From: an uncultured Candidatus Saccharibacteria bacterium
GTDB taxonomy: Bacteria > Patescibacteriota > Minisyncoccia > UBA10092
NCBI GenBank assembly: GCA_964495505.1
Contig: CAZBVM010000001.1
Span: 3,783-61,620 of the forward strand
Reading direction: 5' to 3'
DNA: 57,838 nt
Position numbers and translations under genes: made by a program. Below the pieces are notes generated by a model, which had not been told where the DNA came from, made no database searches, and saw only the letters and a list, made by a program, of their open reading frames with translations. Each line of letters opens with the position of its first letter. Positions within the stretch are counted from its first letter, which is position 1. Below, piece after piece: positions 53,689 through 57,838 of this stretch.

Positions 53689-54135
53689 TTATTTTCTTTC
53701 GAGAACGAGAACTAAGCGGGGCTCGCCATCGCCATAATAGTTTTCTATACGCGATTCAACAATAAAACCTAAAGATTTATAAAGTGCTAATGCCGGCGCG
53801 TTATCCGGATGGGTATCCAGTTCTATTCTTTTTGCGTCTTTAACTTCGTCCAATATCTGGATCATAACTTCGCGGCCGATGCCTTGTCCCTGAAAGAAGG
53901 GATTAATAGCTAATCCGTTTATGTAAACCCTGCCTTCTCCTTTTCTTTCGTAGGAAATGTTGCCGACTACTGCGCCATCTTTCTCAATAAGATAAACGGT
54001 ATTGTTTTCAATTTCGTACTTCCACTCATCTTCCTTAAGCATCGGAGAATATATTTTCGTTCCGGCAACGCTCTTTTCAATTGATATCAATATAGGTATA
54101 TCTGCGCTTGTGGCTTTTTTTAAATTTATTGACAT
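53689..54135 (-). CDS. GNAT-family N-acetyltransferase
   Basis: FQGQGIGREVM (Q/RxxGxG/A) and overall GNAT layout. Confidence 0.85.
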   Translation of the reverse strand: MSINLKKATSADIPILISIEKSVAGTKIYSPMLKEDEWKYEIENNTVYLIEKDGAVVGNISYERKGEGRVYINGLAINPFFQGQGIGREVMIQILDEVKDAKRIELDTHPDNAPALALYKSLGFIVESRIENYYGDGEPRLVLVLERK

Positions 54136-54138
54136 ATA

Positions 54139-54606
54139 TTATTGTTGCAATTTTTGAATATAATCAACTCCGAGTTCTGAATATATAATTCCTTTTTCAA
54201 CATTTTGTATCGCTTCTCTTACATGGTGCACCGTATTTTTCGGAAGAGCGCCTATTGGGAACCATTTGATGTCATCGCATTTATGAGATTCCATAATTTT
54301 TATTTCTCCGGACCATTTTGTGGATAAGAAAAATAAATCCGTCCTGTCGCCGGTTTCATCAATTTTTGTGCGGTACATCGTGTGAACTAGTGTGATGTCT
54401 TTTGGGGTAATATCAATTCCCAATTCTTCCTTCATTTCCCTTATCAATCCTTCTACTGGCAATTCCCCGGCTTCAACATGGCCGGCTGGAACAGAATACC
54501 ACCCATCATAATAACCAGAACCTCGCCGTCGTCCAAGCAAAATTTTATCTCCTTTTTTAAGGAAAAGATAAACCGCTGGCACTGCTTTATTTCTTTCTTT
54601 TAGCAT
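54139..54606 (-). CDS. NUDIX hydrolase
   Basis: Nudix box GHVEAGELPVEGLIREMKEELGI. Confidence 0.88.
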   Translation of the reverse strand: MLKERNKAVPAVYLFLKKGDKILLGRRRGSGYYDGWYSVPAGHVEAGELPVEGLIREMKEELGIDITPKDITLVHTMYRTKIDETGDRTDLFFLSTKWSGEIKIMESHKCDDIKWFPIGALPKNTVHHVREAIQNVEKGIIYSELGVDYIQKLQQ

Positions 54607-54621
54607 AATATTGGTTTTGAT

Positions 54622-55218
54622 TTATGCATTTTTGTACATTTTAGGTTTTCTTAGTAATTTCATCAAAATCAGAATCCATCCGCCGAGAAATATCATAATT
54701 GGATTTATTAAAATATTGCTAATATCAAAATTTATTGTGGAAAATCCAAGAATAAACAATATGCCCGTGATAAATAATAGCTGAGCATTATTTAATGAAA
54801 TACTGATATTAGTTATAGCAATATTGTAATTCTCTAACGCATTATTTTCTAATATTTGATTTGGTTCATTATTTCCTAATTTTTTTAAAAAATATAAGGA
54901 CTTAAATAGTTCTTTGTCTGTAAAAGCGGCACGATAATGAATTTGATTCCATATAATAATCATAATGCCAGATGTAAAACTGAGCCAACTTATTAACAGA
55001 AATATTTTAAAATTTGCATTTGGTAATAACTTAATAAAAGAAAAACTTGCAACTAAAATCGCAGAAGATAATGTAATAAATAATTTTTCGCTATTATGAG
55101 AAATTTCGTATAATTTTTCAAATGAATCCAGGGACTCAAAAAGCCGTCTTTCTGATTTTAAAAGTCTATCTTTTGTTTTTTGAATAATTTTTGTATTTTT
55201 AAGACTGAAATTTTGCAT
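54622..55218 (-). CDS. Hypothetical membrane protein (about 4 TM)
   Basis: Uninterrupted 198-aa hydrophobic ORF. No family recognised. Confidence 0.5.
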   Translation of the reverse strand: MQNFSLKNTKIIQKTKDRLLKSERRLFESLDSFEKLYEISHNSEKLFITLSSAILVASFSFIKLLPNANFKIFLLISWLSFTSGIMIIIWNQIHYRAAFTDKELFKSLYFLKKLGNNEPNQILENNALENYNIAITNISISLNNAQLLFITGILFILGFSTINFDISNILINPIMIFLGGWILILMKLLRKPKMYKNA

Positions 55219-55330
55219 TTTAATTTTTCTAATATATTAAATTAATGTATCTCAATCAACTGAATTAGTATATGACGGCTACCGAGCAGAGAATCCGTTT
55301 TTCGTTAAAGCCCATCATAAAATTCTCAAT

Positions 55331-55495
55331 TTAATACCAATTCATCCAATAAAATAAAAGGGGTATTAAATTTTCTTGACATTCTGGTTTGGGATACTTT
55401 GCGCAACTATCCGTAGTAATATAAAAAGTTAAAAATAGTAAAACAATAAAAATAACTATAATATACACAAAAATATTTTTAAAATTTATTTTCAT
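55331..55495 (-). CDS. Possible small membrane protein (54 aa)
   Basis: Not in the ORF track. MKINFKNIFVYIIVIFIVLLFLTFYITTDSCAKYPKPECQENL... The ATG starts 2 nt after the tRNA-Gln 3' end and there is no SD. Speculative. Confidence 0.25.
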   Translation of the reverse strand: MKINFKNIFVYIIVIFIVLLFLTFYITTDSCAKYPKPECQENLIPLLFYWMNWY

Positions 55496-55497
55496 AG

Positions 55498-55568
55498 CTC
55501 GGGGGTAGGGATTCGAACCCCAATAAATACCTTCAAAGGGTACTGTCCTACCGTTAGACGACCCCCGA
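55498..55568 (-). tRNA. tRNA-Gln (anticodon UUG), CCA not encoded
   Basis: Hand-folded. U1-A72 acceptor stem tcggggg/cccccga. Discriminator G. Anticodon loop cuUUGaa. T arm tgggg-ttcgaat-cccta. Confidence 0.85.
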
Positions 55569-55571
55569 ATA

Positions 55572-56603
55572 TTATTTGTTATTAATTACTTCTACTACTG
55601 CTAGTTCAAGCGGCAGGGAGGGGATTGGGCTGCGCTTGATGTCGTTTTGGGCAATCATAAATATTTTTATCGCCCGGGCAGCGCTATCAATTGAGAATTT
55701 TTCTGCTTGTGTTTTAACGATTTCAAACTGGTCCGGCGTTAATTCTTGCGCTATTAGTTCCGATAAAGAACTTTCAACTTTTAGAAGCATTATTTTTCTT
55801 AAGTGATTAATGAGCGCTTTGGTAAAAACTTCTAAATCTGTTCCGCTTTCGCATAATTTTCCGATATAATCTATCGCTTCTTTGGGATTAGAAGTTGAAA
55901 GATGGTCGGTCATAATTTTTACTTTTTCAAAATCAACCGCGCCCAAAAGTTCTTCTATGTCTTCCTTAGCAATGATTTTATCACTCCAAACCCGAAGTTG
56001 TTCAAGCATTGATTCGGCGTCGCGATAACTGCCACCGGCAAAAGAGGCGACAAGCCGCAACGCATCCGGCTCAATTTTTATTTTTTCAGCCGCTATAATT
56101 TTTTCAAGTTTTTTGATAATTTCCGATACGGCAAGTTTCCTGAAAGGAAACGACTGAACGCGGGAAAGGATTGTTGCCGGAACTTTGTTAATTTCGGTAG
56201 TCGCCAGAACAAAAACGGCGTGTGCCGGCGGTTCTTCTAGAGTTTTTAGTAACGCGTTAAAGGCCTCTTTGGTTAACTGATGAACTTCGTCAATGATAAA
56301 GACCTTGTATTTTCCGGCAGTCGGAGCGAATTTTATGCCGTCGCGGAGTTCTCTTATTTCATCAATGCCGCGGTTACTAGCCGCGTCAATTTCTATAAGG
56401 TCAAGGTCGCCGCAGCCGAGCGATTTTGCGAGCAAGCGGGCAACGGTTGTTTTTCCGGTGCCTCGCGGTCCACTAAATAAATAAGCATGGCTTACGCGGC
56501 CCAGTTTTAAAGCGTTGGTAAGCGTTCGCACCACATGCTCCTGTCCGATAACTTCTTCCCAGCTTTGCGGCCGGTATTTGCGATATAAAACAAGATTCAT
56601 CAT
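55572..56603 (-). CDS. dnaX: DNA polymerase III gamma/tau subunit (short form)
   Basis: YRP..W.EVIGQEHV...L.NAL..GR.SHAYLFSGPRGTGKTT, IIDEVHQLT, ALLKTLEEPP. Confidence 0.93.
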   Translation of the reverse strand: MMNLVLYRKYRPQSWEEVIGQEHVVRTLTNALKLGRVSHAYLFSGPRGTGKTTVARLLAKSLGCGDLDLIEIDAASNRGIDEIRELRDGIKFAPTAGKYKVFIIDEVHQLTKEAFNALLKTLEEPPAHAVFVLATTEINKVPATILSRVQSFPFRKLAVSEIIKKLEKIIAAEKIKIEPDALRLVASFAGGSYRDAESMLEQLRVWSDKIIAKEDIEELLGAVDFEKVKIMTDHLSTSNPKEAIDYIGKLCESGTDLEVFTKALINHLRKIMLLKVESSLSELIAQELTPDQFEIVKTQAEKFSIDSAARAIKIFMIAQNDIKRSPIPSLPLELAVVEVINNK

Positions 56604-56761
56604 ATTTTACGGGTTTACATTATCATATTTTTAACATAAAATAAAGACATGAAAAATTATTCAAGAAACAACGCCGGAAAAGGCAAAACAACTTTTAGAA
56701 CCGGCGACAAGTGGCGAGCCAGAAAAAATATTTTTACCCGCGATATTAAAAGTTTACATAG

Positions 56762-57631
56762 ATGGAAAAGCAGATTACCCCAAAAAAAATCGGCTTAGCG
56801 CTAGGCGGCGGAGGAGCTAAGGGACTGGCTCATATCGGAATTATTAAAGCGCTTGAAACGGCGGAAATTAAAATTGATTATATCGCCGGTACCAGCATGG
56901 GAGCTTTAGTCGGCGGCTGGTATGCTGCCACCGGAGATATCAAGGCCTTAGAAAATTTTATCGTTCACATTAAAAGAGACAATATTTTTCCTATAAAAGA
57001 AATAATCAAGCGCAAAGACGGCGCGCTTTTTAAAGGAGAATCCATTGCTGATAAATTAAGAAAAGAACTAAAAAACATTAAAATTGAGGATTGTAAAATT
57101 CCTTTTACCGCCTTAGCAACCGATGCTAAAAACGGAGACGAAGTTCGCCTTAAAAATGGCGATTTAGTTGACGCTATCAGAGCTAGCATCGCTCTTCCGA
57201 TAGTTTTCGCACCAGTGGCCGTTAGCAACCGGTTATTAATAGATGGTGGGCTAGTCAATCCGGTTCCAGCCGATGTGGTAAAAGATATGGGCGCCGAATA
57301 CATTATCGCTGTTGATGTTTCAAGCAGATGGTTTGTAGCGCCTGAAGAATTGGTGACCACTCACGATATATATGGAGTTATTTCAAGCGCGCTTTCCATT
57401 ATTGAATATCAAATCGCTAAAAATATTTTAAAGAACGCTAACTTAGTTTTGCGGCCGCCGGTAATAAACTACAATTGGATAGAATTTGATAAAGCTCAAG
57501 AAATAATTAAAAAAGGCGAAGAAGAACTAGAACTAAGCTTGCGGAAAATTCGCCGCAAAACCGGATACAAAAAACCGGCTCAAACTTTAGCCGAAAAATT
57601 CTTGGATTTCATACTAAACAAACCGGATTAA
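56762..57631 (+). CDS. Patatin-like phospholipase
   Basis: GLALGGGGAKG oxyanion motif, GTSMGALVGG (GxSxG), and a DGG catalytic Asp motif. Confidence 0.88.
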   Translation: MEKQITPKKIGLALGGGGAKGLAHIGIIKALETAEIKIDYIAGTSMGALVGGWYAATGDIKALENFIVHIKRDNIFPIKEIIKRKDGALFKGESIADKLRKELKNIKIEDCKIPFTALATDAKNGDEVRLKNGDLVDAIRASIALPIVFAPVAVSNRLLIDGGLVNPVPADVVKDMGAEYIIAVDVSSRWFVAPEELVTTHDIYGVISSALSIIEYQIAKNILKNANLVLRPPVINYNWIEFDKAQEIIKKGEEELELSLRKIRRKTGYKKPAQTLAEKFLDFILNKPD

Positions 57632-57654
57632 ATTAATTTGATAAATATTTTATG

Positions 57655-57690
57655 AACGCACTAAAATCCTATAGGCAGTTTATGCGTTCA
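57655..57690 (+). repeat. 36-nt hairpin repeat, copy B
   Basis: aacgcactaaaatcctataggcagtttatgcgttca. Confidence 0.85.
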
Positions 57691-57728
57691 GCAAGAATAA
57701 ATTGAATTAAATTTTTAAAAATTAGAAA

Positions 57729-57753
57729 CCCCGGCGCGCGTCGCGCGCCGGGG
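57729..57753 (-). terminator. Very GC-rich hairpin terminator for the partial minus-strand gene at the window edge
   Basis: ccccggcgcgcg-t-cgcgcgccgggg. On the minus strand it is followed by tttctaattttt. Confidence 0.6.
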
Positions 57754-57773
57754 CGGTTTGTCCGATGACCGGA

Positions 57774-57838
57774 CTACTTCTTCAAGCGAGGAGTCACGGC
57801 CTTACGGCCGGCATTGAAATGATGCAGGAAACTCTCGG
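57774..57838 (-). CDS. 3' end of an unidentified GC-rich gene (truncated by window)
   Basis: The minus-strand frame reads ...ESFLHHFNAGRKAVTPRLKK*. The GC-rich composition and downstream terminator support it, but it is too short to identify. Confidence 0.3.
   Translation of the reverse strand, partial: ESFLHHFNAGRKAVTPRLKK

Noticed and set aside
56649-56798. A 49-aa, highly basic ORF (MKNYSRNNAGKGKTTFRTGDKWRARK...) lies between dnaX and the patatin gene.
   Set aside because: It has no SD, overlaps the patatin start in another frame, and matches no recognisable family. I kept it only as a note.
1-57838. The genome could use an alternative genetic code (UGA as a sense codon, as in some CPR lineages).
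   Set aside because: UGA terminates secA, infA, rpmJ, serS and alr at the expected protein lengths, and no housekeeping gene appears split by in-frame UGA.

Overview
This is an AT-rich, gene-dense bacterial chromosome segment that uses the standard genetic code: UGA ends secA and infA at the expected lengths. Short housekeeping proteins, a class II ribonucleotide reductase, native genes without Shine-Dalgarno (SD) sequences and many small hairpin insertions suggest a Patescibacteria/CPR (Parcubacteria-like) genome. That taxonomic call is inference only. I call about 63 protein genes. The housekeeping set is secA (5' truncated by the window), secD/secF, efp, nrdJ, mnmA, alaS, the infA-rpmJ-rpsM-rpsK-rpsD-rpoA-rplQ-rplM-rpsI block, murA, two mreB paralogs, mreC-mreD-mrdA, holB, frr, rseP, proS, greA, lysS, serS, alr, an ftsQ-like gene, dnaX, two GT39-type glycosyltransferases and a GtrA-like protein. 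There are three tRNAs: Lys-UUU, an atypical UAU-anticodon tRNA, and Gln-UUG. I found no rRNA, CRISPR array, transposase or integrase. Accessory content is a type II restriction-modification pair, two paralogous membrane-anchored TraD/VirD4-like ATPase systems (one split into two genes, one fused), a Cas4-like nuclease with a DUF4258-like partner, and several GC-richer orphan genes that carry their own promoter, SD and terminator. Four signals stand out. (1) About 0.8 kb sits between the live mnmA 3' end and a diverged duplicate of that 3' end; the insert carries an orphan ORF and ends in a conserved 40-nt box, an AAAAATT microsatellite and a perfect 30-bp palindrome. (2) The same 40-nt box recurs 61-73 nt downstream of two other unrelated orphan genes, once with a compensatory double substitution that keeps the palindrome perfect. 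This looks like a dispersed gene-cassette or miniature-element system with no recombinase in the window. (3) Many perfect or near-perfect palindromes and heptamer microsatellites are inserted in frame into essential genes, much like Rickettsia palindromic elements. (4) The UAU tRNA has two extra nucleotides in its anticodon arm. All calls come from reading the sequence and the ORF track by eye. No searches, folding or statistics were run.
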